Below the pieces are notes generated by a model that was not told where the DNA came from, did not search any database, and saw nothing but the letters and a program-made list of their open reading frames with translations. A stretch of DNA of 64,000 nt, taken from positions 1 through 64,000 of the IMG/VR virus record IMGVR_UViG_3300045988_095776; one strand, 5' to 3'. The position numbers and the translations under genes were made by a program. This DNA comes from a virus. Of the stretch, positions 44,713 to 54,099 are shown piece by piece; the stretch's first letter is position 1, and each line of letters begins with the position of its first letter.

Positions 44713-45333
44713 ATGAGTTATAGCAGTTTATATGGAATTGATAAGGATTACAAAGGAGAGGTTATAGAATAGTTCGGAAATTCATGGCTGTTTGCACCTA
44801 TTGTGTGGGATGTCTTGACAGAAAAATATATCCCGCCAAGTAAATTAATAAGTCATGGATTTAAGAGAAATATCATTCATGATACTTCTCTTTGGAACGA
44901 AGTAAACAATGAAATTAACAATTGTGACAATGCGGTAGACAGGATTTGCTGGGAATTTTCTGGACAACAGGTTTTCTTCACAAAAGATAAGAGCTGTGTG
45001 GCAAATGCAATAAGAGACTTTATTAAGCAAAATAATAATTATTGCAGAGACACCGAAGATAATATCCCGGTGCTGGAAAGAGAGCACATCATTGAAAGAT
45101 TCGAAAAGATTGCTAGTGAAATAGAACTGTTATCGGAAGATACACCGTATTTTGTAATGAAGAACACTTCTGTTGATGACAGCGTAGAAAGATGGTTTGA
45201 AAAATACGATGATAAGCAAGATGAATATATAGAAACTGGTCTTAATCAGGTTGATGAATTTGTTACAGAATTTGTTGTGATCGAAGATGGGAAAATTGTG
45301 AATTTCATAAGCAATTTGGATTTTGAGTATTGA
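44713..45333 (+). pseudogene. hypothetical gene with in-frame TAG at 44770-44772
   Basis: RBS GAGAGG before ATG 44713; same frame continues through TAG into track ORF 44803-45333. Confidence 0.55.
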
Positions 45334-45348
45334 AAGTGAGGTGGCGAA

Positions 45349-46086
45349 ATGTTCATGAGAGTGATAAACACAGGCAGTCAACTCGGAAACTGCTATACGC
45401 TCAAGACCGAATCCGGCGAAATCTTGCTTTTGGATTGTGGATGCAAGTATTCAGAGATTTTAAAAGGAATCTCTTACAGAATATCGGATGTTTCTGGCTG
45501 TCTGCTGACCCATGGACATGGGGATCACCTGAAATCGTTCCAGAATCTTATGCAGTCCGGTATTCAGATTTACACCAATGACGAGACAGTTGAGAGTGTA
45601 AACACAATCTCTGGCGAGCTGATGATCGGCTTACCAGAAAAGAAATCGAAGGACATAGGTTCATTTCGGGTAACGCCTTTCTACGTCCCACACGACAAGA
45701 CACCAAACTTTGCATACCTGATATCTCACGAAGAATGTGGACGACTGATATATGCGACAGACTTCTCATATTTGCCGTTCACATTCAAGAACATGAGAAT
45801 AAATCACTTCCTTATAGAATGTAATCATCTTGACGAATCGCCGGAGCAGGATTCATTTAAATTTGAACACTCCATCCGGGGGCACAGCAGCTTATCTACT
45901 GTAAAAGAGATTATCCGAGTGAACAATACCGCTTCGCTCAGGACTATAACGCTGTGCCACCTGTCAGAGGGATGGGGGAACCCGGAAGTGATGCAGAAAG
46001 AGATACAGGACGTTGTCGGAGATGATGTTCTGGTGCAGATCGCAAGACCGGGACTGGATGTTGATTTGAATTTATGTCCGTTTTGA
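45349..46086 (+). CDS. MBL-fold metallo-hydrolase (recombination-associated nuclease-like)
   Basis: THGHGDH (HxHxDH) motif. Confidence 0.75.
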   Translation: MFMRVINTGSQLGNCYTLKTESGEILLLDCGCKYSEILKGISYRISDVSGCLLTHGHGDHLKSFQNLMQSGIQIYTNDETVESVNTISGELMIGLPEKKSKDIGSFRVTPFYVPHDKTPNFAYLISHEECGRLIYATDFSYLPFTFKNMRINHFLIECNHLDESPEQDSFKFEHSIRGHSSLSTVKEIIRVNNTASLRTITLCHLSEGWGNPEVMQKEIQDVVGDDVLVQIARPGLDVDLNLCPF

Positions 46087-46098
46087 AAGGAGAAAGAT

Positions 46099-46809
46099 AT
46101 GCCAAATCATGTAAGAAACATAATCAAAATGGAAGGAATAGAGAAACTTTCACTTATCAAAGTAAATGATGAGGGAGAAAAGTTCTTTGACTTTAATGAA
46201 CTTATTCCGATGCCAGAAAGTTTAAATATGAAATCTGGAACGATTGAAGAAATAGCGATTGAAGCAGCAATTAGAAAACTCGCCAAGAGAAGATACGATT
46301 TTCAAAGACCGTACGCAACGCCGGCAATGACCGATAAAAAATATTGGGAAAGAGTTTCAAACTGCAGAGAAAGTCAAGACGAGTTAATAGAACTGGGGTT
46401 GCAATATATAACAAACAAAATTAAATACGGAGCAACTACATGGTATGACTGGAATGTTGAAAACTGGGGCACAAAATGGAATTCATATGATAATGAAATC
46501 GAAAAGAATTGTGTGAAATTCAGTACAGCATGGTCAGACCCAACGCCTATAATTAGAAAACTTTCAGAAAAATATCCAGACGTAAAAGTTGAGCACTGGT
46601 GGGCTGATGAAGACATGGGGAATAATACGGGACACAGAATTTTGATTGCAGGAAAAGAAATACAAAATGTGTCTGCCGAATACGCAAACGAATCACAGGA
46701 TGCCTACGAATGTTATGTATTCTGCTGGGGAGAATCCAAGTGTCTTCATAAAGATGAGAGTGGTAATTGGGTACGCAATGAATGCGAAGAATGCGACGGG
46801 TGTGATTAA
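46099..46809 (+). CDS. DUF1281 / Api92-like protein
   Basis: N-terminal MPNHVRNIIKMEG pattern and W-rich core; C-terminal CEECDGCD. Confidence 0.4.
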   Translation: MPNHVRNIIKMEGIEKLSLIKVNDEGEKFFDFNELIPMPESLNMKSGTIEEIAIEAAIRKLAKRRYDFQRPYATPAMTDKKYWERVSNCRESQDELIELGLQYITNKIKYGATTWYDWNVENWGTKWNSYDNEIEKNCVKFSTAWSDPTPIIRKLSEKYPDVKVEHWWADEDMGNNTGHRILIAGKEIQNVSAEYANESQDAYECYVFCWGESKCLHKDESGNWVRNECEECDGCD

Positions 46810-46823
46810 TAAAAAAGCACCGA

Positions 46824-46976
46824 CTATTTATCGGCACTTTTTACAAAATCTTGGAGAACAGTAATGACCAGATTATTAAAACTCCTGTTCTCCTGCTTGG
46901 CAATTTGCTCAAGTTGTTCTTTAAGCTGTATCGGGAACGTGATGTTAGTTCTGGTCTTATCAGACTTGACGGTCAT
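46824..46976 (-). CDS. ribbon-helix-helix (CopG/Arc-like) protein, 50 aa
   Basis: not in track; RBS AGGGAGGG; TNITFPIQLKEQLEQIAKQENRSFNNLVITVLQDF. Confidence 0.65.
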   Translation of the reverse strand: MTVKSDKTRTNITFPIQLKEQLEQIAKQENRSFNNLVITVLQDFVKSADK

Positions 46977-47035
46977 GTGAAATCCCTCCCTTGTTTTTAG
47001 AACATTGTAGCATTTTTGCCTGTCGGTGTCAATTA

Positions 47036-47100
47036 GGTATCAAAGTGGTATCATTTTTATCTTGCAATATAGGTATCAAAATGGTATCATAATGGTATCA
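47036..47100. promoter_or_regulatory. five phased GGTATCA repeats (putative RHH operator array)
   Basis: copies start at 47036, 47047, 47072, 47083, 47094 (spacings 11, 25, 11, 11). Confidence 0.7.
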
Positions 47101-47114
47101 GAGATACACCGAGA

Positions 47115-47732
47115 ATGAATCGAGGTGATAAGTTTTTGAATAGTAACTATAAAAATTTTGTAAAAGCCAAGGCGATTGAAACTGAGAACCGTAAGAGATG
47201 GCTGAAAGTCGACCCGCATCTGAACGACAATCCTGGAATCTACATTTTGACAAGAATTGATGAAGATGGTTTTAAGTTTGGGTATGCAGGCCAGGCAAAG
47301 AAACTAATTACCAGATTATGTCAACATAGTGCAGGGCATCAACAACACATTGATCTTAGCTTGAAAAAACATGGATTATATTCAGAAAAAAATCCATATG
47401 GTTGGCGTGTAGTACATACTAATTGTCCAGAATCAGAACTTGACGAAAAGGAACAGTATTATATCAGATGGCTTGCAGATCAAGGGTATCAACTTAGAAA
47501 CAAGACTGGTGGTTCTCAGGGAGCAGGCAAGAAACAGATTGATGAGTACAGACCGGCAAAAGGTTATTATGATGGTTTAAATCAGGGAAAGAAATCACTC
47601 GCCAGAGAACTGTCGCACATCATAGATACACACTTGCAAGTTTCACTGAAACCAGAAAAGCAGAGCAATAAAGTATCAATCCGGGCTTTTGAAAAGTTTC
47701 AGAACTTGATTGATGAGAAAACATACGAATAA
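47115..47732 (+). CDS. GIY-YIG domain nuclease
   Basis: GIYILT...FGYAGQA..L..R...H...EKEQYYI...LRNKTGG. Confidence 0.65.
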   Translation: MNRGDKFLNSNYKNFVKAKAIETENRKRWLKVDPHLNDNPGIYILTRIDEDGFKFGYAGQAKKLITRLCQHSAGHQQHIDLSLKKHGLYSEKNPYGWRVVHTNCPESELDEKEQYYIRWLADQGYQLRNKTGGSQGAGKKQIDEYRPAKGYYDGLNQGKKSLARELSHIIDTHLQVSLKPEKQSNKVSIRAFEKFQNLIDEKTYE

Positions 47733-47789
47733 AAAATGAAAGGAGCTTGCCTTCATGTGACGTAAGGGTGCACCGGGCTTCTTTGAAAT

Positions 47790-48623
47790 ATGAAATTAAA
47801 ATGTGAAATATACAGAGACTCAATGCAAAATTACAAGAAATATGCAATTCCAAGAGCACAGCTTGTTATAGCTGATGTTCCGTATAATGTAGCGAATAAT
47901 TTTTACGGGAGCAACCCTATGTGGTATGTAGGTGGGGATAATAAAAATGGCGAAAGTAAACTAGCAGGAAAAGCTGCCTTTAATTCAGATTTTAATTTTA
48001 ACTTATATGAATACTTTCACTTTTGTTCAAGAATGTTAAAAAAAGAAGATACAACACCTGTGCCAAGAGGAAGAAGTAGCAATTCTCCATGCATGATTGT
48101 ATTTTGCTCGTTTGAACAAACACAAACATTGATTAAAGCTGCTGAAAAACATGGTTTTGTACATTATATCCCACTTGTTTTCATAAAAAATTACAGCCCT
48201 CAAGTATTAAAAGCGAATATGCGTGTAGTTGGAGCTACGGAGTACGCTTTATTGTTTTATAGAGACAGGCTTCCTAAGTTTAGGAACGGCGTTCAGACTG
48301 ATGAAAACGGAAAAACAATCAGAGGTACAGGACACATGGTTTTTAATTGGTTTGAATGGGAGAAAGATGGAAAAGATATTCCTAAAATTCATCCGGCACA
48401 AAAGCCGGTCAAACTTTTAAAAAGATTGATTGAAACGTTTACTGATCCCGGAGATGTAGTAATAGACCCATGTTGCGGAAGCGGGACAACGTTAAGAGCT
48501 GCACACGAAATAGGAAGAAATGCTTTCGGCTTTGAAATTGATAGAAATTTCTTTAAGAGGGCAAAAGAAGAAATGCTTGTTTTTGAGGAAAACAGTCAGA
48601 TAAGCATAGAAGATTTTTTATAA
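47790..48623 (+). CDS. DNA methyltransferase (N6-A/N4-C, beta class)
   Basis: ADVPYN (DPPY-like) precedes DPCCGSGTT (SAM-binding). Confidence 0.75.
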   Translation: MKLKCEIYRDSMQNYKKYAIPRAQLVIADVPYNVANNFYGSNPMWYVGGDNKNGESKLAGKAAFNSDFNFNLYEYFHFCSRMLKKEDTTPVPRGRSSNSPCMIVFCSFEQTQTLIKAAEKHGFVHYIPLVFIKNYSPQVLKANMRVVGATEYALLFYRDRLPKFRNGVQTDENGKTIRGTGHMVFNWFEWEKDGKDIPKIHPAQKPVKLLKRLIETFTDPGDVVIDPCCGSGTTLRAAHEIGRNAFGFEIDRNFFKRAKEEMLVFEENSQISIEDFL

Positions 48624-48637
48624 AGGAATCGTGAAAT

Positions 48638-48895
48638 ATGGATAATTTTAAACACCAAAAACATATGGAATGGAAGCAGAACCGACGGGATATTTATTAT
48701 TTTATTTTAAAATACTCAAAATCGCATAAAGACACACCTTCGACAAGAATTATATCTGATGAACTGGAAATTAGCATGACAGCCGTTCAAAGGCATCTAA
48801 GGCAGTTCGAGGACGATGGATTGATCGTATTTCACGGAACTGGTTCGCACAGGACATACGAACTGATAGGAGTAAAGAAAAATGAAACTGTATGA
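48638..48895 (+). CDS. winged-helix DNA-binding protein
   Basis: ISDELEISMTAVQRHLRQFEDDGLI. Confidence 0.45.
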   Translation: MDNFKHQKHMEWKQNRRDIYYFILKYSKSHKDTPSTRIISDELEISMTAVQRHLRQFEDDGLIVFHGTGSHRTYELIGVKKNETV

Positions 48896-49139
48896 TGTAT
48901 ATGACGGAATGAAGTATATTGGAGAAATGACCATTGATCAGATTTCAGAGCTGACGGGAAAAACAAGGAGCCAGGTATCAAGGGCGATTTGTTCGGCCTG
49001 CCTGCTCGATGAAAGATATGCAATTGTGTATGATGGGCGGGACACAATCTGCAAAACAAATAAAAACGATATGAGAATGCTGATGGAGTTTGATGCTCTG
49101 ACAGGCAACATAAGGAGGGCTGTTGGATGGGAAAGTTGA
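48882..49139 (+). CDS. hypothetical protein (possible HTH)
   Basis: overlapping gene train. Confidence 0.5.
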   Translation: MKLYDVYDGMKYIGEMTIDQISELTGKTRSQVSRAICSACLLDERYAIVYDGRDTICKTNKNDMRMLMEFDALTGNIRRAVGWES

Positions 49140-49507
49140 AAATCAAACAAAAAAAGAAAGCATTCATTCCGTACACGAATCAGCAGGCTCATATGTTTGC
49201 ACAGTCTATCCAGAACTGCCAGAAAGAGTTAAAAGAGATGGAGCTGAAAGCCTTTGATGATGGGTTCGAGGATGGAAAGAACTGGTCTGACGTGCTGAAT
49301 TTTGTGATTTTGTTTTATGTAATGCACGAATTGCATGGATGGGGATGGAAACGCTACATGAAGTCTGTAAAAAGAATTAATAACTACATCAATGATATTA
49401 ATTCTGGAAAAACATCATTGTCTGAAATGGTTGATGATTTGGAAAAGAAGCATCACATTCGGATTTGTGATGATTATAAGGAGTTAATTAAGAGATATGG
49501 AGTGTAA
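49127..49507 (+). CDS. hypothetical protein
   Basis: overlapping gene train. Confidence 0.55.
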   Translation: MGKLKIKQKKKAFIPYTNQQAHMFAQSIQNCQKELKEMELKAFDDGFEDGKNWSDVLNFVILFYVMHELHGWGWKRYMKSVKRINNYINDINSGKTSLSEMVDDLEKKHHIRICDDYKELIKRYGV

Positions 49508-49568
49508 AGCTGCACCGGTGATTTATTTGCAGAATAAAGGACAAGTAGCGTTTGGATAGGAGAAATAA

Positions 49569-50449
49569 ATGGATTTAGAGCAAAAAGCAATTGAGAGAAT
49601 TCGACTTGCATCTGATCTCTCGTTGAAACATTATGGAAAGCCACTTGTGTGCACATATTCCGGTGGGAAAGATTCTGACGTGATGTTAGAACTCTTTCGT
49701 AGGGCGGGCATACCATTTGAGGCACACAATAGTCACCCACGGCAGATGCACCGCAAACTGTGCGGCACATACGAAATGTATTTAAAAGTTTGGAAGAAAA
49801 AGGAATTAAATGTGAAATAGAAATGCCGAAGTATAAAGGTGAACATATCACGATGTGGAAATTGATTCCATTAAAATTGATGCCACCAACAAGACAAGTT
49901 CGCTACTGCTGTCAAGTTCTTAAAGAAACAGGGTGCACAAATAGATATATTGGTACTGGTATAAGATGGGCTGAAAGCAGGCAGAGAAAAGAAAGAGAAG
50001 AATTTGAAAAAATTGGTGCGACAAAGGCAGCTAAAGAAAAATTCACATCAGTTATGCTAATGAACGACAATGACGCCAATCGCAGAATGAATGAGCTTTG
50101 TATGCAGAAAAACAAAATGGTTGTCAATCCAATCATTGACTGGAAAGATTCTGATATATGGGAATTTATCAATTCGGAGCATATAGAAACTTGTGAGTTG
50201 TACCAATGTGGATATGATCGTGTTGGCTGTATCGGCTGTCCTATGGCCGGGAAAAAGAGATATAAAGAATTTGCAGATTTTCCTAAGTACAAACAGTCTT
50301 ATATTAGAGCTTTTGAAAGAATGTTAGATGCTCGAAAAGAAAAAGAATTAGAAACTCAATGGGAGACCGGAGAGGATGTATTTAGGTGGTGGATGAACGA
50401 CGACAATTTAGATGGTCAGATGGAATTATCTGATTTTATTGAGTATTAA
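49569..50449 (+). pseudogene. PAPS-reductase-like (PP-loop ATPase) gene carrying a -1 frame break near 49734-49738
   Basis: SGGKDS PP-loop in frame A (49569-49820); family continues as TADAPQTVRHIRNVF... in frame B (to 50449); break at CACCCAC. Confidence 0.6.
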
Positions 50450-50510
50450 AATCATGGAGAACTGCACAATAGCGTGTCAGTTGCTTACATGGGGAAAGTG
50501 AGGATGGGAA

Positions 50511-50696
50511 ATGGATTATAAACACTGTAGATGTGAATGCGGTGGAATTATAGGACAATACAGTAAAGCGAAAGGATTTACCTGTGAAAAATGCAATAAA
50601 GAGTATCAATTATCAGAGCTAAATTTTGATTGGATTGCATTGAACGAAAAGACCGGATGGCTATTTCCGATGTTGGAAAAGGAGGACACAAAATGA
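50511..50696 (+). CDS. small zinc-ribbon protein
   Basis: CRCECGG...CEKCN. Confidence 0.55.
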   Translation: MDYKHCRCECGGIIGQYSKAKGFTCEKCNKEYQLSELNFDWIALNEKTGWLFPMLEKEDTK

Positions 50697-51031
50697 AATT
50701 ATATTTCTACATTTTGTACAGTGACAGAAAAACAAAAAAATGGAATCTTCGCCTTGAAGAATGTAAAGTAATAGAAAAACCGAAGACATACAAACCAGTA
50801 ACTAAATTCCCTGATGGAGTCTACGCTTCGTTTATAAAAAAAGAATCAATAGGCAATTTCATTAGTGAATACAGCAAAGTGGTTGTACTATATGCACCTA
50901 ATTATGAAAAAGCAAAGGAAGTATTTTTAAAAAAATACGATAATGAATTAAACACGCTAAGAGAAAGAATTGATTTCTATGAGCAACTTAAATCTGCGAT
51001 CGAAGATTACAAGGAGGACGCAAAATGTTAA
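50693..51031 (+). CDS. hypothetical protein
   Basis: start moved to ATG 50693 after AAAGGAGG; ATGA overlap. Confidence 0.55.
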   Translation: MKLYFYILYSDRKTKKWNLRLEECKVIEKPKTYKPVTKFPDGVYASFIKKESIGNFISEYSKVVVLYAPNYEKAKEVFLKKYDNELNTLRERIDFYEQLKSAIEDYKEDAKC

Positions 51032-51384
51032 TCAGAAGTCAGGATAAAACAGCACTGGTAAAGTTTGAAAACATTGTAGTAAATCTAAAACTTCCAGATT
51101 CATTAACCATTATATGTTGGAGTCTTCAGGATGCACAGAGAAATGGAGGATATCTTATTTTAGGAAAATATTCCACCAAAGAAAAATCCATGAAAGTATT
51201 GGATATGATTCAGGAAGCCTATGCAGATGCAAAATTAAATAAAATTCTTCTTCCTGATGTCTGCAAATCGGCTAGTGAATCTCAGATGGGAAAAGATAAT
51301 ACATTAATTGCAAAAACTATTAGAAAAGATTTTATGAAAAAAATGATATTCCAGATGCCAGAAGATTCGGAGGTGGTAGTATGA
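51025..51384 (+). CDS. hypothetical protein
   Basis: gene train. Confidence 0.55.
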   Translation: MLIRSQDKTALVKFENIVVNLKLPDSLTIICWSLQDAQRNGGYLILGKYSTKEKSMKVLDMIQEAYADAKLNKILLPDVCKSASESQMGKDNTLIAKTIRKDFMKKMIFQMPEDSEVVV

Positions 51385-51680
51385 AGTACAGAAAGAAGCC
51401 GGTTGTAATTGATGCATTCAAGTATGAGGGGGATTTGAAAAATTCAGACGGCGGATATTGCGTTCCTGATTGGGCGGTGGCAGCATTTGAATCAGGAGTT
51501 ATGCATCATTATTCGCCATATAAATATCCTGATGATACGACTCTTGAGCTGTTTATTGATACGCTGGAAGGAACATATCATGTATCTGTAGGCGATTATA
51601 TTATCAAAGGAGTCAATGGCGAGCTTTATCCCTGCAAGCCAGATATATTCAGAGAAACTTATGAGGAGGTGGAAGTATGA
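51381..51680 (+). CDS. hypothetical protein
   Basis: ATGA overlap; RBS GGAGGTGG. Confidence 0.6.
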   Translation: MKYRKKPVVIDAFKYEGDLKNSDGGYCVPDWAVAAFESGVMHHYSPYKYPDDTTLELFIDTLEGTYHVSVGDYIIKGVNGELYPCKPDIFRETYEEVEV

Positions 51681-52243
51681 AAAGATCTGAAACAACAAAA
51701 TTTCTTAGTCAATTGCTGGAAAAAAGCTGTTTTTCTGGCCCAGGTAAATACTGGGCTAGAGAAGTAAGCCTTGATTATGACTACGCAGCAGGAAAGCCAA
51801 GAAGAGTAAATTACATGCAGTTTATTCCGGAAAACCAGTGTTCTATCTCATCAATCGAAAAAGGAATATTTACATGCTATGAAATCAAAAGCTGCAAAGA
51901 GGATATTTACAGCGGAAATGGATTAAATTTTATTGGCGAAAAAAACTATCTTGTAACAACAATGGAGTGCTACAAAGAGATTTTACCTGATTTAAAAAAT
52001 GGAAAATTTGCCCAACACATACGTGAGAATTTTCCAGAATGTTACGCGGAAATAGGTAACATGGGAGTAATGGTTGCAGTTCCGTATCAGAGAGATGTTG
52101 CCGAAGAATTTGAAAACCCAACACCACTAGATGGAGATGTGGAAAAATGGAGATTATCAGTTATTTTGAAGTGTGGACACAATGGGTCAAGAAAAAGATC
52201 CATGACAGAACTGTTGTTTCACATGGTAAGAAGCTGGAATTGA
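51677..52243 (+). CDS. possible PD-(D/E)xK-fold nuclease
   Basis: YEIKSCKED resembles an E-x-K motif; weak. Confidence 0.3.
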   Translation: MKRSETTKFLSQLLEKSCFSGPGKYWAREVSLDYDYAAGKPRRVNYMQFIPENQCSISSIEKGIFTCYEIKSCKEDIYSGNGLNFIGEKNYLVTTMECYKEILPDLKNGKFAQHIRENFPECYAEIGNMGVMVAVPYQRDVAEEFENPTPLDGDVEKWRLSVILKCGHNGSRKRSMTELLFHMVRSWN

Positions 52244-52259
52244 GAAAGGATGGAATAAT

Positions 52260-52583
52260 ATGAGCCATATCAAAGACAGATTATCGGATTATCATGATTT
52301 CATGAAGAAGCTTGTGGATGACCACCAGATGCTTTTGGCAAGCGATGTTCTGGAAATGATAGAACAGCTTAAGGATGATCTAGAACAGGATGAGAAAGAA
52401 AACGGATGGATTCCTGTCAGTGAGAGATTACCGGAAGATGGTGAGACGGTTCTTGTATCATGCAAGACCAGCAGAGGAACGACATTTGTTCGCACTGGGT
52501 ATTGTATAAACGGTTCATGGCATTTAAACTGCTATGGCGTCACGGCATGGCAGCCTCTTCCGAAACCATACAAGGAGGATTAA
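52260..52583 (+). CDS. DUF551-like protein
   Basis: GWIPVSERLPEDGETVLVS motif. Confidence 0.5.
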   Translation: MSHIKDRLSDYHDFMKKLVDDHQMLLASDVLEMIEQLKDDLEQDEKENGWIPVSERLPEDGETVLVSCKTSRGTTFVRTGYCINGSWHLNCYGVTAWQPLPKPYKED

Positions 52584-52585
52584 AC

Positions 52586-52774
52586 ATGGAAATGTCAATT
52601 TTCAAAAAGGGCGGGAAGACCTACACCAGATTCAAGGTCGCGCTAAAAGAGTTTAAATCTTGGCAGGCTTTACTCGAAATAAAGTATTGTATTGATACAT
52701 CAAATCCGGCCAAGAAAAACAGTAGATACATTTACTTCGAGAAAGAGGGAGACTGGATTAATGGGATATTGTAA
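52586..52774 (+). CDS. hypothetical protein
   Basis: start moved to ATG 52586 after AAGGAGG. Confidence 0.5.
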   Translation: MEMSIFKKGGKTYTRFKVALKEFKSWQALLEIKYCIDTSNPAKKNSRYIYFEKEGDWINGIL

Positions 52775-52904
52775 ATTATACTGCCCGGATAGTGAAACAG
52801 AGTGCTACATCTGCTGTACTAAGCAGGATTCCTGCCAGTGCAGATGTGATGATATGGACAGTTATGAATATGCGGAGGAGTGTGAAGATTATGAGACTGA
52901 TTGA
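52761..52904 (+). CDS. hypothetical Cys-rich acidic mini-protein (47 aa)
   Basis: ATG 52761 after GAGGGAG. Confidence 0.4.
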   Translation: MGYCKLYCPDSETECYICCTKQDSCQCRCDDMDSYEYAEECEDYETD

Positions 52905-53127
52905 TGCGAATGCAATGAATGAAGAGTTATTTTACAAGCAAGTTGGAGGAAAAGACAGTTTAATTACGGCAGAAAGTGCGTTTAAAATGATTGACGCGCA
53001 GCCGACCGCCTATGATGTGGAAGCAGTTGTGGAGCAGTTGGACACATACATAACAAAACTGGTTGGAAGAAATGCTGCACTATATCAGACGGTTATGCAA
53101 ATCGTGAAAGGCGGTGGAATTGAATGA
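52891..53127 (+). CDS. hypothetical protein, paralog A (RLIDAN...YDVEAVVEQL)
   Basis: start moved to ATG 52891. Confidence 0.5.
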   Translation: MRLIDANAMNEELFYKQVGGKDSLITAESAFKMIDAQPTAYDVEAVVEQLDTYITKLVGRNAALYQTVMQIVKGGGIE

Positions 53128-53417
53128 GTAGATTAATTGACGCTGATAAATTAATTCAAGAAATGAGCGAATGGTATTGGGATAAAGAAAAGCAGAAAGC
53201 TGCGGAAAATGATGTTTCTCCGATGGATTTATTTACACATCTTGCAATTACAACTGTTCAAGAACAGCCGACAGTTTTTGATGTGGACAAGGTTGTGGAG
53301 CAGTTGAAAACAAAAAAGACAAGAACTGCTGCATTACAGAAAGCATCGGAGTATTTCGAGGGTGAAACTGATGCGTTTGAAGTTGCAATCAAAATCGTGA
53401 AGGATGGGGAGAGTTGA
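53124..53417 (+). CDS. hypothetical protein, paralog B (RLIDAD...FDVDKVVEQL)
   Basis: ATGA overlap; shares N-terminal and central motifs with 52891-53127. Confidence 0.55.
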   Translation: MSRLIDADKLIQEMSEWYWDKEKQKAAENDVSPMDLFTHLAITTVQEQPTVFDVDKVVEQLKTKKTRTAALQKASEYFEGETDAFEVAIKIVKDGES

Positions 53418-53660
53418 ATGAGCAGTGCAAGTACAATATTCGGAACAAAAGCGTATGTATGCGCAAGATATTTTCTTAGACCGGGAAAGTGCTTCAAATA
53501 TATCGACCAGCGTGGCGACGATGTTACAGAACACGTCTACGAGGTCATAGCATTATATCCTTATTGCGTATTGTTAAGAGATACCAGAAACGGAGTCAGA
53601 ACTTGTCCGGGATATAACACGCTGAGTCTGATGTTGAGAGGAAGTGAAACGTATGAGTAA
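53418..53660 (+). CDS. hypothetical protein
   Basis: gene train. Confidence 0.55.
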   Translation: MSSASTIFGTKAYVCARYFLRPGKCFKYIDQRGDDVTEHVYEVIALYPYCVLLRDTRNGVRTCPGYNTLSLMLRGSETYE

Positions 53661-53901
53661 ATCAGTATTAGTGATTGATACACCAAAATATTGTGCTTTA
53701 TGCGTTTTACGCAGTGGAGTGCTTCACCCGTTCTGTAGAGTAAACAATAGAGATATTACAGATTTGAGTATTAGACCTGATTGATGTCCGCTGAAGCCAT
53801 TGCCAGAGAAAAACACTATCGAGAATGATATGACGGATTACCAGTGTGGGATGGTCGATGGGCGAAACCAGTGCATTGATGAGATTGCAGGAAGAGAATG
53901 A
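53653..53901 (+). pseudogene. hypothetical Cys-rich gene with in-frame TGA at 53782-53784 (RPD-TGA-CPLKPLPEK)
   Basis: not in track; ATG 53653 after GGAAGTGA; one frame open on both sides of the TGA to stop 53899. Confidence 0.55.
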
Positions 53902-53904
53902 TGC

Positions 53905-54099
53905 ATGGTGATGAATATAAACGAAACTGTAAAAAAGTGTAATGTTTGTGGCAAATGGAAAACCACAGCATATGAACCGGATTATCCGATACTTAATGAT
54001 AGCTGTTTTAGGTATCCGAAAGCAATTTTTGTTTGCGAAGAATGCGCGAAAAAGCGCGAAGAAAAGAATATATTTTTGCGAGGTGAAGTAGATGATTAA
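53905..54099 (+). CDS. small zinc-ribbon protein
   Basis: CNVCG...CEEC. Confidence 0.5.
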   Translation: MVMNINETVKKCNVCGKWKTTAYEPDYPILNDSCFRYPKAIFVCEECAKKREEKNIFLRGEVDD

